DNA of 64,000 bases, from NCBI GenBank assembly GCA_964642155.1, contig CAZXNT010000003.1, forward strand, positions 899-64,898. Direction: 5' to 3'. The translations under genes and the position numbers were made by a program. Source of the stretch: an uncultured Candidatus Saccharibacteria bacterium (GTDB taxonomy: Bacteria; Patescibacteriota; Minisyncoccia; UBA6257; UBA9933). The notes beneath the pieces were generated by a model. The model ran no database searches. It was not told where the DNA came from and saw only the letters and a program-made list of their open reading frames with translations. How positions within the stretch are numbered: position 1 is the first letter of the stretch; every line of letters begins with the position of its first letter. Positions 48,881-61,815 of this stretch are shown here, piece after piece.

Positions 48881-49136
48881 CGCCTCGCTTTGTGAGCTTA
48901 TGGCGGACATTGTGCCCGTTGGAGCGTTTCATTAAAAGACCACTGATTGCCAATCGTCTTATGTGCTCTGACGCGGTTTTAAAATTTAATTTTAATTTAT
49001 CCGCTATTTCCGTCACGGACATCTCCGGCTTCTTTCCTAAAAGTTCCAAAATTTCAACCCGACGATGATTGGCAACGCCTTTTATAATTCTTTCCAAATC
49101 ATAATAAGTTTTTTCTTTTTTCTCCGCTTTTTCCAT
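48846..49136 (-). CDS. ArsR-like winged-HTH protein #3
   Basis: IKGVANHRRVEIL, NFKTASEH.RRL..SGLL; clear paralog of #2. Confidence 0.85.
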   Translation of the reverse strand: MEKAEKKEKTYYDLERIIKGVANHRRVEILELLGKKPEMSVTEIADKLKLNFKTASEHIRRLAISGLLMKRSNGHNVRHKLTKRGELILKFLRILE

Positions 49137-49159
49137 ATTTTTATATTAACACCTTATTC

Positions 49160-49197
49160 AGTTAATTCCAATATTCTTGAGAATATTGGAATTAACT
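49160..49197. repeat. Palindrome family C, site 2
   Basis: AGTTAATTCCAATATTCT-TG-AGAATATTGGAATTAACT, perfect 18-bp arms. Confidence 0.92.
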
Positions 49198-49218
49198 ATT
49201 TTTTGTTATAACATCGCT

Positions 49219-50043
49219 TTATAATATTGCTTTGCGCGCTTTAATGGTTCTGCCGAAAAACTTGCTTCCTAAAATTGTGAATTTATCGGTTAAATCAGTG
49301 GAATAAAAATGAATAATTCCGTTTTTACCGATTTTTTCTTCTATTTCCTTGTGTTTATTTAAATAATCGCTTAGTTTTGACGGCACGACTTTTGTTTCTG
49401 ACACAATACGAATATCCGGCCCGATTATTTTACGTATTTTATTTTCTAAAATTCCATAATGGGTGCAGCCTAAAATTAGGGTGTCTATTTTTTTATTTAC
49501 AAGAGGACGCAAATAATCGCGGATTATCAATTCCGCTGCTTTTGAATTTTGTTCTCCGGATTCAATCAATGGCACAAGAAGAGGGCAGGCTTTTTGAAAC
49601 ACTTTTGCTTTAAGATTAAGTTTTTTAATTTCCCTTACAAATGCTTCTGAGCGTGTTGCGCTTTCTGTCGCAATCACGCCAATTTTTTTATTATGCGTTT
49701 TCTCTACGGCTTCTTCAGTCGCCGGAATAAGCACTCCAAGCGCTTTTTTATCCGACCAATGACTTGGCAAATATTCTTGCTGAATTTTACGCAAAGCCTC
49801 ACTGGAAGCGGTATTACAGGCTAAGATTATAAGCTCGCAATTGTTTTTAAAAAGAAAATTAACCGCTTGTTTAGTGAATTCATATATTGTTTCCTGAGAA
49901 CGCGTTCCATATGGAGTACGGGCAGTATCGCCTAAATAAATATAATTATAATCAGGAAGTTTTTTTACAATGCCGCGCAGAATATCCAACCCGCCGAAAC
50001 CGGAATCAAAAACGCCAATAAATTTATTTTTTGATTTTTGCAT
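49219..50043 (-). CDS. murI: Glutamate racemase
   Basis: FDSGFGG, PYG, ACNTAS, LGCTHY. Confidence 0.95.
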   Translation of the reverse strand: MQKSKNKFIGVFDSGFGGLDILRGIVKKLPDYNYIYLGDTARTPYGTRSQETIYEFTKQAVNFLFKNNCELIILACNTASSEALRKIQQEYLPSHWSDKKALGVLIPATEEAVEKTHNKKIGVIATESATRSEAFVREIKKLNLKAKVFQKACPLLVPLIESGEQNSKAAELIIRDYLRPLVNKKIDTLILGCTHYGILENKIRKIIGPDIRIVSETKVVPSKLSDYLNKHKEIEEKIGKNGIIHFYSTDLTDKFTILGSKFFGRTIKARKAIL

Positions 50044-50053
50044 AATAAATAAT

Positions 50054-50089
50054 AGTTAATTCTCAAATTCTTGAGAATATTGGAATAAA
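50054..50089. repeat. Palindrome family C, site 3
   Basis: AGTTAATTCTCAAATTCT-TG-AGAATATTGGAATAAA. Confidence 0.88.
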
Positions 50090-50113
50090 CCACTAAAATT
50101 TTTGTCTAAAAAT

Positions 50114-50437
50114 TTATCCGGTTTTTTCTAAAAATATCTTTTTGTCAAAACCGCCGCGTTTTTGTTTTCTTTCTTCTTTTACTTTTAAAATTTCCTCTTT
50201 GTCCAATCCGAAAGATTTTTCTATATATTCAAGCACTTCCAAAACATCCCCGATTTCTTTTATTAAATCCTGATTGTTTTCCGCTAAAAACAATTCCTCG
50301 ACCTCTTCTTTTATTTTTTTCTTTAATTCTTTTTTATACTCTTCCTCATCCAAAATTCTAACAAACGGCTTTTCGCCGTCTTTTTCAATAATTTCCGGAA
50401 TCCTATCCCGCACCAATTTGTTATAAATTTTTGCCAT
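50114..50437 (-). CDS. MazG-like NTP pyrophosphohydrolase
   Basis: YNKLVRDRIPEII, EE..E, E..D..E, KRGGF. Confidence 0.85.
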   Translation of the reverse strand: MAKIYNKLVRDRIPEIIEKDGEKPFVRILDEEEYKKELKKKIKEEVEELFLAENNQDLIKEIGDVLEVLEYIEKSFGLDKEEILKVKEERKQKRGGFDKKIFLEKTG

Positions 50438-50440
50438 GGT

Positions 50441-54076
<3,636 letters not shown>

Positions 54077-54148
54077 TTACAAATAAAAAAGGGTAATTAA
54101 AAATTACCCCTTCTCCTTAACATCTGACTTTATCCTCCTTTTTCAAGG

Positions 54149-54319
54149 CTAAATTTTTACTCCGTGGAAATTATTGCCGACATATGCGTAATTATCGCAG
54201 GAGACACATTTAAGTTTATGTAAATCTCCTGCATCTAACGCTATCTCTTCCCTAACATCAGCGCCACATTTCGAGCATTTTATCCCAGGAATTATTTCTT
54301 GATTATTTTTCTCACTCAT
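54149..54319 (-). CDS. Small Zn-ribbon protein (56 aa, not in ORF track)
   Basis: MSEKNNQ...CSKC...CVSC...GVKI*, preceded by AGGAGGTG. Confidence 0.6.
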   Translation of the reverse strand: MSEKNNQEIIPGIKCSKCGADVREEIALDAGDLHKLKCVSCDNYAYVGNNFHGVKI

Positions 54320-54341
54320 CTTTACACCTCCTTTCCTTTTT

Positions 54342-54593
54342 TTAATTCTGAATTTTAACCACGATCCCCGTGTCCCTTAATTTTTTAATAAAAGAGCTTG
54401 TGAAGATGTTTTTTAATTCTTTTTTCTCCCCCTTTATTAAATATGCATGAGAGCCGACTTCTGAAATGGCGAATTTTTTATCAGCAATATTTAAAATGTC
54501 TTGCTCTGTGAATATGATCGCAAAACTACAAATATTAACTTTAATACGCCGCCACTTTGGGAATATTACTTTAATCGCTTTCATATCCAACAC
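54342..54593 (-). CDS. Hypothetical protein
   Basis: 83-aa ORF with AGGGGG SD-like sequence. Confidence 0.5.
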   Translation of the reverse strand: MLDMKAIKVIFPKWRRIKVNICSFAIIFTEQDILNIADKKFAISEVGSHAYLIKGEKKELKNIFTSSFIKKLRDTGIVVKIQN

Positions 54594-54624
54594 CCCCTAT
54601 TTAAAATTTTTAATTTGCTACTTT

Positions 54625-55683
54625 TTATTTATCAAATCTTTCTTCATCTGGTTTGTCAATAGAAATAGGTTCCAAACCGGCAGCTTCGCCAGTAATCCGC
54701 AAAACGTCTTTATCAATTTTACCAAGTTCTTTGGAAGCGGAATTATACATATTAACCGTGGTGCCCAGATGCGTTCCCAGTTTTTTCATATAATTTTCAT
54801 AACTCCCCAAATGACGACCCAATTCTTCAACGCGTTTGCGAATTTCTTTCGCCGATTCTTCAATCTGTAAAGCTTTCAACCCCTGTAAAACTGTCTGTAA
54901 ATAAGCCAGAAAGGTTGTCGGCGAAACAATCATCACTTTTTTATCGCCGGTCGCGTATTCAATTAAATCGCGTGTGTTTGATTTTACGGCGCCAATTTTA
55001 TTGATAAGCAAATCGTAATAAACCGCTTCTGACGGAATAAACATAAAAGCGAAATCCATCGTGTTTTCCGACGGCTTGATATATTTTGAAGTTTCGTCAA
55101 TGCGGGCCTTTAAATCGTCGCGGAAAACGCTTTCCAATTTTTGCCTTTCTGTTTCGTTTCGCGTTTCCAGAATCCGATTGTAATTTTCAAGAGAAAATTT
55201 AGAATCAATTGGAATTATTTTATCTTTGACAAAAACCACGGCATCAACAATACTGCCGTCTTTAAACTCATATTGCATCTGAAAACTGCCGGGGGGCAAA
55301 ACATTTTCCAAAACAGTTTTGAGAAAATATTCTCCCAGAACTCCGCGCTGTTTCGGATTTTTCAAAATATCCTGCAAACTTTCCAATTGGCGGGCGATGT
55401 CAACGACCTGTTTCTGGCCCTCGCCGACTTTTGTAAGCTCTTGAGTGATTTCCTTGATAATCCGGCTGCTTTCGCCGAACTGGCGCTGCATAATTTGAGT
55501 GGATTGTTCAAGTCTTGAATCAACCTGCCGGCTGATTTCCTGAATTTGATTTTGAAGCAAAAGCATAACCGGACTATTGCTTTCTTTCTCCCGAGCTTTT
55601 TGAAAATTTCTTAAAAACAAAAATCCGGCTACCAAACCAATCAATAAAACCGCCAGTATTGATGTCAAAAAAATTATTTCCAT
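54625..55683 (-). CDS. rmuC: DNA recombination protein RmuC
   Basis: K.RG..GE..L, IDSKF, DFA.MFIPSE, SPTT. Confidence 0.9.
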   Translation of the reverse strand: MEIIFLTSILAVLLIGLVAGFLFLRNFQKAREKESNSPVMLLLQNQIQEISRQVDSRLEQSTQIMQRQFGESSRIIKEITQELTKVGEGQKQVVDIARQLESLQDILKNPKQRGVLGEYFLKTVLENVLPPGSFQMQYEFKDGSIVDAVVFVKDKIIPIDSKFSLENYNRILETRNETERQKLESVFRDDLKARIDETSKYIKPSENTMDFAFMFIPSEAVYYDLLINKIGAVKSNTRDLIEYATGDKKVMIVSPTTFLAYLQTVLQGLKALQIEESAKEIRKRVEELGRHLGSYENYMKKLGTHLGTTVNMYNSASKELGKIDKDVLRITGEAAGLEPISIDKPDEERFDK

Positions 55684-55723
55684 ATCTGTTTACTGTTTAC
55701 TGTTTCCTGTTTACTATATAATA

Positions 55724-57286
55724 ATGTCTTTATTGCCAGAATACAATTATACAAAAATCGGTTCGGCAAGCGATTTAAGCGACCCAAAAGAGCGTCGGAT
55801 ATACAGAATACTGGAAATTTTTCCGGCCGGATTGTCCTGGCTTACTTTAATCAGCGTTGTTCTTGTATCGTGGCTGACGCCAGTTTTCGCCGCGATTTTC
55901 ATAATCGTTTTTGATATTTATTGGCTTTTAAAAACCGTTTATCTTTCTTTTCATTTACGTTCCGCGTTTAAAAAAATGCGGCACAATATGGAAATAAATT
56001 GGTTCAGCAAACTAATTCAGAATGAAGAATTAAAAATTAAGAATTGGCAAAATATTTATCATTTAATTTTCCTCCCTTTTTACAACGAATCGGAAGAAAC
56101 GATTCGTGCTTCAATTGAAAGCCTATCAAACGCCAATTATCCGAAAGATAAAATGATTGTTGTTTTGGCGGCTGAAGAACGAGCTGGAGAATCTGCTACA
56201 TTTATTACCGAAAAAATTAAAAAAGAATACGAAAATAAATTTTTCAAATTTTTGACGACTATTCATCCCGCGAATCTTTCAAATGAAATTCCGGGCAAAG
56301 GTTCAAATATCGCCTGGGCGGGGGAACAAGCTAAAAAAGAAATTATTGATAATTTAAAAATCCCTTATGAAAACGTTTTAGTTTCGGCTTTTGACGTGGA
56401 CACCGTGATTTATCCGGATTATTTCAGCCGACTAACTTATGTTTTTCTTAATACTCCGAATAATCAAAATTTCAGTTATCAGCCGGTGCCTTTTTACACC
56501 AATAATATCTGGCAATCGCCGGCTCTGGCGCGCGTTGTGGCTTTTTCCGCGACCTTCTGGCACACCATTCAGCAAGAAAGAATGGAACGGCTAACAACAT
56601 TCTCTTCCCACTCAATGCCATTACAAGCCCTTATCAATGTTGATTTCTGGCAGACGAATATGGTCAGCGAAGATTCAAGAATTTTCTGGCAAAGCCTTCT
56701 CCGCCATAACGGCGATTACGGAACAATGCCGCTTTATTATCCGGTGAAAATGGACGCGAACGCGGCGCCGAAATTTTGGCAAACAATGAAAAATTTATAC
56801 AAACAGCAGCGGCGGTGGGCATGGGGCTGCGAAAATATTCCATATATGCTTTTCGGATTTTGGAAAAACAAAAAAATTCCGTTCCGCAAAAAATGGCATT
56901 ACGCCTGGGTTTATATTGAAGGATTTTGGTCATGGTCAACAAATACTTTAATTATTTTTATGCTTGGCTGGCTGCCAATACTGCTAGGCGGAGAAGTTTT
57001 CAAACAAACCCTGCTCGCTTATAATCTTCCGCAAATCACAAGATGGCTGATGACTCTGGCGACTGTCGGAATCATCACTTCAGCCTATCTGACAATGGTA
57101 ATTTTGCCGCCAAAACCAATGGAATACGGAAAATATAAATATCTTGAAATGATTCTGCAATGGCCTCTGCTTTTGATAACAATGGTTATTTTCGGCGCGT
57201 TCCCGGCATTGGAAGCCCAAACGCGGCTAGCATTAAGCGGAAAATTCCGGCTCGGTTTTTGGGTAACGCCGAAAGAAAAATTGTAA
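55724..57286 (+). CDS. Membrane GT2 (processive-type) glycosyltransferase
   Basis: P.YNE, D.D, SED, QQRRWAWG, multiple TMs. Confidence 0.85.
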   Translation: MSLLPEYNYTKIGSASDLSDPKERRIYRILEIFPAGLSWLTLISVVLVSWLTPVFAAIFIIVFDIYWLLKTVYLSFHLRSAFKKMRHNMEINWFSKLIQNEELKIKNWQNIYHLIFLPFYNESEETIRASIESLSNANYPKDKMIVVLAAEERAGESATFITEKIKKEYENKFFKFLTTIHPANLSNEIPGKGSNIAWAGEQAKKEIIDNLKIPYENVLVSAFDVDTVIYPDYFSRLTYVFLNTPNNQNFSYQPVPFYTNNIWQSPALARVVAFSATFWHTIQQERMERLTTFSSHSMPLQALINVDFWQTNMVSEDSRIFWQSLLRHNGDYGTMPLYYPVKMDANAAPKFWQTMKNLYKQQRRWAWGCENIPYMLFGFWKNKKIPFRKKWHYAWVYIEGFWSWSTNTLIIFMLGWLPILLGGEVFKQTLLAYNLPQITRWLMTLATVGIITSAYLTMVILPPKPMEYGKYKYLEMILQWPLLLITMVIFGAFPALEAQTRLALSGKFRLGFWVTPKEKL

Positions 57287-57336
57287 AATAAATCCTTGAT
57301 TATAATCGCATTGAGTTGTAAATTATAAAAAACATT

Positions 57337-57410
57337 TGCGGGATCATCTAGTGGTAGGATGCGACTCTCTGAAAGTCGTCACCTTGGTTCGAATCCAAGT
57401 CCCGCAGCCA
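57337..57410 (+). tRNA. tRNA-Gln(CTG)
   Basis: TGCGGGA/TCCCGCA acceptor stem, CT-CTG-AA loop, GGTTCGAATCC, encoded CCA. Confidence 0.95.
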
Positions 57411-57455
57411 ATCAAAATAAAAACGCCATAATGGCGTTTTTATTTTGATTGGCTG
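57405..57455. repeat. Perfect 25-bp hairpin overlapping the tRNA 3' end
   Basis: CAGCCAATCAAAATAAAAACGCCAT-A-ATGGCGTTTTTATTTTGATTGGCTG. Confidence 0.85.
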
Positions 57456-57712
57456 TCTGTCCTGAACAAAATCCGAACCTTTTTCCAAACTAATCCGACT
57501 GACTACTAATCTGCGCGCCTCGTCCGCTCCCTGCGGTCGCGGGAGCAAAAACCAAAAATTTTCCTTACCTTTCTTCTTTTCCTCGGCGGGGGGGGTGGGG
57601 GGGAGCCGACAAAAAATGGAAAGGAGATTTTTGGTTTTGCTTCGCCGCCAGCATAAATACATTATATGGCAGTTTGGAATAATACACAATGGAATACTAT
57701 ACTTACAATGTA

Positions 57713-57934
57713 ATGCCTAGAGCAATTTATACAAAAGACCATAATGCAATCGTTGAACGCTTGAAAAAGGCGCGTCTTGAGTCTGGGCTTGGACAGGTTG
57801 ATGCTTCAAAGAAACTTGGCAAGACACAGTCTTATCTTTCAAAAATTGAATCTGGGCAAAGACGATTTGATGTTTTGCAATTAAAAGAATTTGCAAAAAT
57901 TTATAAAAAGGACATCAATTATTTCATCAAATAA
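57713..57934 (+). CDS. XRE-family HTH protein
   Basis: RLKKAR...L.Q.....LGKTQSYLSKIESGQRR. Confidence 0.88.
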   Translation: MPRAIYTKDHNAIVERLKKARLESGLGQVDASKKLGKTQSYLSKIESGQRRFDVLQLKEFAKIYKKDINYFIK

Positions 57935-57938
57935 GAAT

Positions 57939-58460
57939 ATGGAAATAAATTCTCATAAAACGATTGTAGGTATCATTGGTGGTCATTCTCATAATACAAA
58001 CCAACAGGCATTATCTCTTGCAGAAAAAACTGGGGAACAATTAGCGAAACTTGGTATTACTATTGCTTGCGGTGGCGAGGATGGAATTATGGAAGCAATT
58101 TGTAAAGGAGCAAAACAATGCGGTGGCACAACAATAGCCATCACTAAAAGTAACAAAAAAGGGGATGCGAATAAGTATGTTGATTATGTAATTCCAACAT
58201 CGCTTGATCTCGCTTTTATGAATGTCCTCGCTTGGTCATCTGACGCGGTGATTGCATTTGATGGGCGTTTTGGAACGATGTGTGAAATTGGTTTAATTCT
58301 CGATATCGGTAGACCTTTGGTGCTTCTTGGTAAACATGAGTTAATTTATACCGAGAAGATAAGGGTTCAGAACTTTGCTCATTTTAAGGAGTACTCTGAT
58401 GAAAATATTCAGAAAGCTATTGATTTTGTAATACAACACATTCCTAAAAATATCTCGTAA
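57939..58460 (+). CDS. SLOG/LOG-family protein
   Basis: IGG, CGG..G.MEA..KGA...GG, G..GT..E. Confidence 0.8.
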   Translation: MEINSHKTIVGIIGGHSHNTNQQALSLAEKTGEQLAKLGITIACGGEDGIMEAICKGAKQCGGTTIAITKSNKKGDANKYVDYVIPTSLDLAFMNVLAWSSDAVIAFDGRFGTMCEIGLILDIGRPLVLLGKHELIYTEKIRVQNFAHFKEYSDENIQKAIDFVIQHIPKNIS

Positions 58461-58466
58461 AATAAT

Positions 58467-59033
58467 ATGCCATACTCAAGTTTTATTTTTGATAGATATA
58501 TAGAAGAAATTATTCGACTATTAAAACCAGAGACTCTTCTTGATCTTGGTGCCGGTGCCGGAAAATACGGCGAGTTAGCAAAAAAGATCAGTCCATCCAT
58601 AAAATTAACAGCTGTTGAAATTGAAAAAGACTACATAAAAAATTTTAAGCTCCCTTCCGTTTACGATGAAGTATGGAACATTTCTGTTACGGATTTAATT
58701 AACCCAAAATATTATGATTCAACCTTTGATGTGGTTATGATTGGCGATATTATTGAACACCTAAAAAAATCAGATGGTATTGATTTACTCAATTTTTTAA
58801 TTTACAGATGTCGTTGGATTATCCTTGAATTTCCCTATCGCTATCTCCAAAACTCTGTTGATGGGTATCATTCAGAGGCTCACATATCAGTATGGACAAA
58901 AGATGACTTTATTTCGTTCGAAAGGACTCAGCTATATGAGAAAGATGCTCAGCGTTTGGTCGTACTTCGCGGATATCTTGAAAGCAAGATGTCTGTCGCA
59001 GACATTGAGTCATTGATTGATAAACATGAATAA
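58467..59033 (+). CDS. Class I SAM-dependent methyltransferase
   Basis: LDLGAGAGKYG, D....DIIEHL, H.S.W. Confidence 0.8.
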   Translation: MPYSSFIFDRYIEEIIRLLKPETLLDLGAGAGKYGELAKKISPSIKLTAVEIEKDYIKNFKLPSVYDEVWNISVTDLINPKYYDSTFDVVMIGDIIEHLKKSDGIDLLNFLIYRCRWIILEFPYRYLQNSVDGYHSEAHISVWTKDDFISFERTQLYEKDAQRLVVLRGYLESKMSVADIESLIDKHE

Positions 59034-59859
59034 TAATGATTTAAAAATTGGTGTGTGTATTATGGTGCATAATATGGCCCCTTTTATTGGGGCTTGCGTA
59101 CAATCGCTTCAATGGACAGATGGAATATTTATATATGATGATCATTCTACTGATGGAAGTGTTGAGGTGGCGCGATCTCAGTCTGAAATACCGATTAATG
59201 TCGAGTACTCAAAGAATAAAGATGTGGCTTTCAAGAGAGGAGAACTTGAGACACGAAATTATGTTATTGACCGAGCCTTTGAAGAACTTAATGTTGATAT
59301 TTTGATGATTGCAGATGCCGACGAATTATTCTCATCATCACTCCGTTCAAAAATAATCGAGTCTTTTAGTAATCCTGATACGGACGGGATAGCTTTTTCA
59401 ATATGGCATCTTTATAACGAAGAGCAATATATTCACTTTTGGGAAATAAAAATCAATGGTGTGGATATGATTGATCCGCATACTCGTATTATTAAAAAGG
59501 GTAGACATTTCATTCCTCTTTTTGAGGATGGCAGTCACCCAATTCTTGAGCCAACAAAACACACTGTGTGTTTTCACGGCCCTTACCATTTTCATCTTAA
59601 ATATCACCATAAAAGCACTTTCCCTAATTACTCGATTTATTTTTTACCCGAAAAACTAAGAGAAGAGGATGTGTTGCCATACCTTAGACCATTACCTTTC
59701 GAGTTGCCGAATGATGTAAGGTCAGCCATTTCGTTGGTTAATTGGGATAGCCTACCACCCCACAAAGAAACGCCTCACTATTTATCAAAACGTGTGAAAT
59801 TTACCGATCCAAGTGAGGCACTAATTCACCCTAAAGATAAAAAATATGATAAAAATTGA
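59026..59859 (+). CDS. GT2-like glycosyltransferase
   Basis: DDHSTDGS, RN, DADE. Confidence 0.8.
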   Translation: MNNNDLKIGVCIMVHNMAPFIGACVQSLQWTDGIFIYDDHSTDGSVEVARSQSEIPINVEYSKNKDVAFKRGELETRNYVIDRAFEELNVDILMIADADELFSSSLRSKIIESFSNPDTDGIAFSIWHLYNEEQYIHFWEIKINGVDMIDPHTRIIKKGRHFIPLFEDGSHPILEPTKHTVCFHGPYHFHLKYHHKSTFPNYSIYFLPEKLREEDVLPYLRPLPFELPNDVRSAISLVNWDSLPPHKETPHYLSKRVKFTDPSEALIHPKDKKYDKN

Positions 59860-60790
59860 ACGAGGAAAAGATGTATTACTTTTCTATGAAAAGCATAAAT
59901 GGGATTATGTTGAAACATATTCAAAAAGAAGTATCTCAGGCTTTTACGCGTGGTATACGCTTCTCGCTCGTGCTCTAAAGGAAAATGGCTATCGTGTTTA
60001 CGAAAATGATTACGAACTGGCCATAGCTAACCCGACATATCCGATAGGAATTGTTGGCACTCCAAACTGTATTCCAAAATGGTCGTTGCCAAATCCGGCA
60101 ATTTTAGGTCCAAGTATGTATGATAACCCATCTCAAAATCCAAGTTTAATGAAAGATCCAAGATTCAAATATTATTTACTGACATGCAATTGGCTTAAAA
60201 ATGTTTTTGAAAAAACGTACGGCAATGCGTGTGTTATATGGTATGCAGGAATTTCAACGGGCGAGTGGGAAGATACAAAAAATAACCAGAAATCTATCGA
60301 CGTACTTATTTATGATAAAATTCGCTGGGAAAGAGAAAAAACTGTTCCATTATTTCTTGATCCGATTAAAGCATATCTAGATAAAAAGGGTCTGTCATAT
60401 TTTGTACTACCATACGGAAATATCACACACGAAGCTTATAAAGATTTATTGAGAAAAAGCCGGTCAATGGTTTTTCTCTGCGAACATGAAACCCAAGGAA
60501 TAGCTTACCAAGAAGCCCTTGCTTCAAATGTGCCTATTATTGCATGGGATCACGGATGGTGGACTGATCCTGTTTGGCCTGCATTCTCTGAAAATCCTAT
60601 CCCTGCAACATCTGTACCAAACTTCTCAAAAGAGTGCGGAGAAAAATTTAAAATGATTTCAGATTTTCCCGTAACTTTTGAGAAATTTTGGACCAATCTT
60701 AATTCTTATACGCCACGTGCTTATATAGAAAAAGAAGTTTCTTTCAAGGTATCAGCTGATTTGTACGCAAAATATTATTTTAGCATCTAA
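59846..60790 (+). CDS. GT-B-like glycosyltransferase
   Basis: ETQGIAYQEALASNVPI resembles the GT4 Ex7E motif. Confidence 0.65.
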   Translation: MIKIERGKDVLLFYEKHKWDYVETYSKRSISGFYAWYTLLARALKENGYRVYENDYELAIANPTYPIGIVGTPNCIPKWSLPNPAILGPSMYDNPSQNPSLMKDPRFKYYLLTCNWLKNVFEKTYGNACVIWYAGISTGEWEDTKNNQKSIDVLIYDKIRWEREKTVPLFLDPIKAYLDKKGLSYFVLPYGNITHEAYKDLLRKSRSMVFLCEHETQGIAYQEALASNVPIIAWDHGWWTDPVWPAFSENPIPATSVPNFSKECGEKFKMISDFPVTFEKFWTNLNSYTPRAYIEKEVSFKVSADLYAKYYFSI

Positions 60791-60795
60791 CTATT

Positions 60796-61815
60796 ATGGC
60801 GACCTACAAATGCGCGTGGTTTATAAATTTTACTGGTATCGGAAACGGAACAACTATTACACCCCTACTCCAATGTTTTGAGAAAAGTTATCCAACAACG
60901 GACTACTTTCATAGTGAAAATGAAATTCTTTCAGACAAATGGTTTATTGAAAAAGCTGGATTGAAAAGACTGAAAGGATTTAGTCCAATTGCATGGAGAC
61001 GGTTTAATAGAGAAGACTGGGACAAGATTGTCGATTTTGTAAATCAAAATCAGATTGATTTGATTGTTAATTTGCGTAATGAGGGTCCAAAGTATGATAT
61101 TAATTACTATGAATTTAAGAAATTTCTAAAACAGGATCACAATGTTGTTTTTTGGGATTTGGATTTTAATATTATTGAAAATAGAGAAAAACAAGAAAAT
61201 CTGACTGGTGATCTCCTGAGAATGTTTCAGCAACAGGGTGTTGATATTTCTCATTATAAATCTCGATGGCTCTCTGTTTACAGTGAAGATAAAAGTGGAA
61301 TCGGTTTTGGTATGGCTGCTAGTCAGAAAAATAAGCGTTGGCCAACACATAAGTGGGTTGAACTAGCACAAAAAATATTAAAAAACTATGATCAAAAAAT
61401 AATTTTATTTCATGGCTTGTCACAAGAGGAAACGGATCAAGCAATAGAAGTACAAAAGGTTATTGGATCGAATAGGTGCGAACTGATCAACCACCAAGAA
61501 CTTAGTCACATTGCGATTATGTTGGGAAAGTTAAAATGTTTTATTTCAAATGATACTGGCCTTTTGCATATTTGTTCTGCGGCTGGAATTCCTACAATCG
61601 GTCTATATACAAACACTGACCCTAATATATGGGCACCTTATAATAAAACAAATTTTTTATACTGCGTTAATATTTTTATGAAAAAATGTCCAGCGCGTAA
61701 AATATACTGTGGAAATTGTTTTCATTATTATGATCCTTGTCCGGCGATTACTCAGTATGGTGACAGTATCAGTCCTAAACAAGTATTTGAGCTAGTTAAG
61801 GAAATGATTGTTTAG
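60796..61815 (+). CDS. Glycosyltransferase family 9
   Basis: GIG, KRWP..KW, NDTG.LH...A.G.PTI.LY. Confidence 0.82.
   Translation: MATYKCAWFINFTGIGNGTTITPLLQCFEKSYPTTDYFHSENEILSDKWFIEKAGLKRLKGFSPIAWRRFNREDWDKIVDFVNQNQIDLIVNLRNEGPKYDINYYEFKKFLKQDHNVVFWDLDFNIIENREKQENLTGDLLRMFQQQGVDISHYKSRWLSVYSEDKSGIGFGMAASQKNKRWPTHKWVELAQKILKNYDQKIILFHGLSQEETDQAIEVQKVIGSNRCELINHQELSHIAIMLGKLKCFISNDTGLLHICSAAGIPTIGLYTNTDPNIWAPYNKTNFLYCVNIFMKKCPARKIYCGNCFHYYDPCPAITQYGDSISPKQVFELVKEMIV

Noticed and set aside
57348-57689. 113-aa minus-strand ORF
   Set aside because: Runs antisense through tRNA-Gln and hairpins, with no protein-like features
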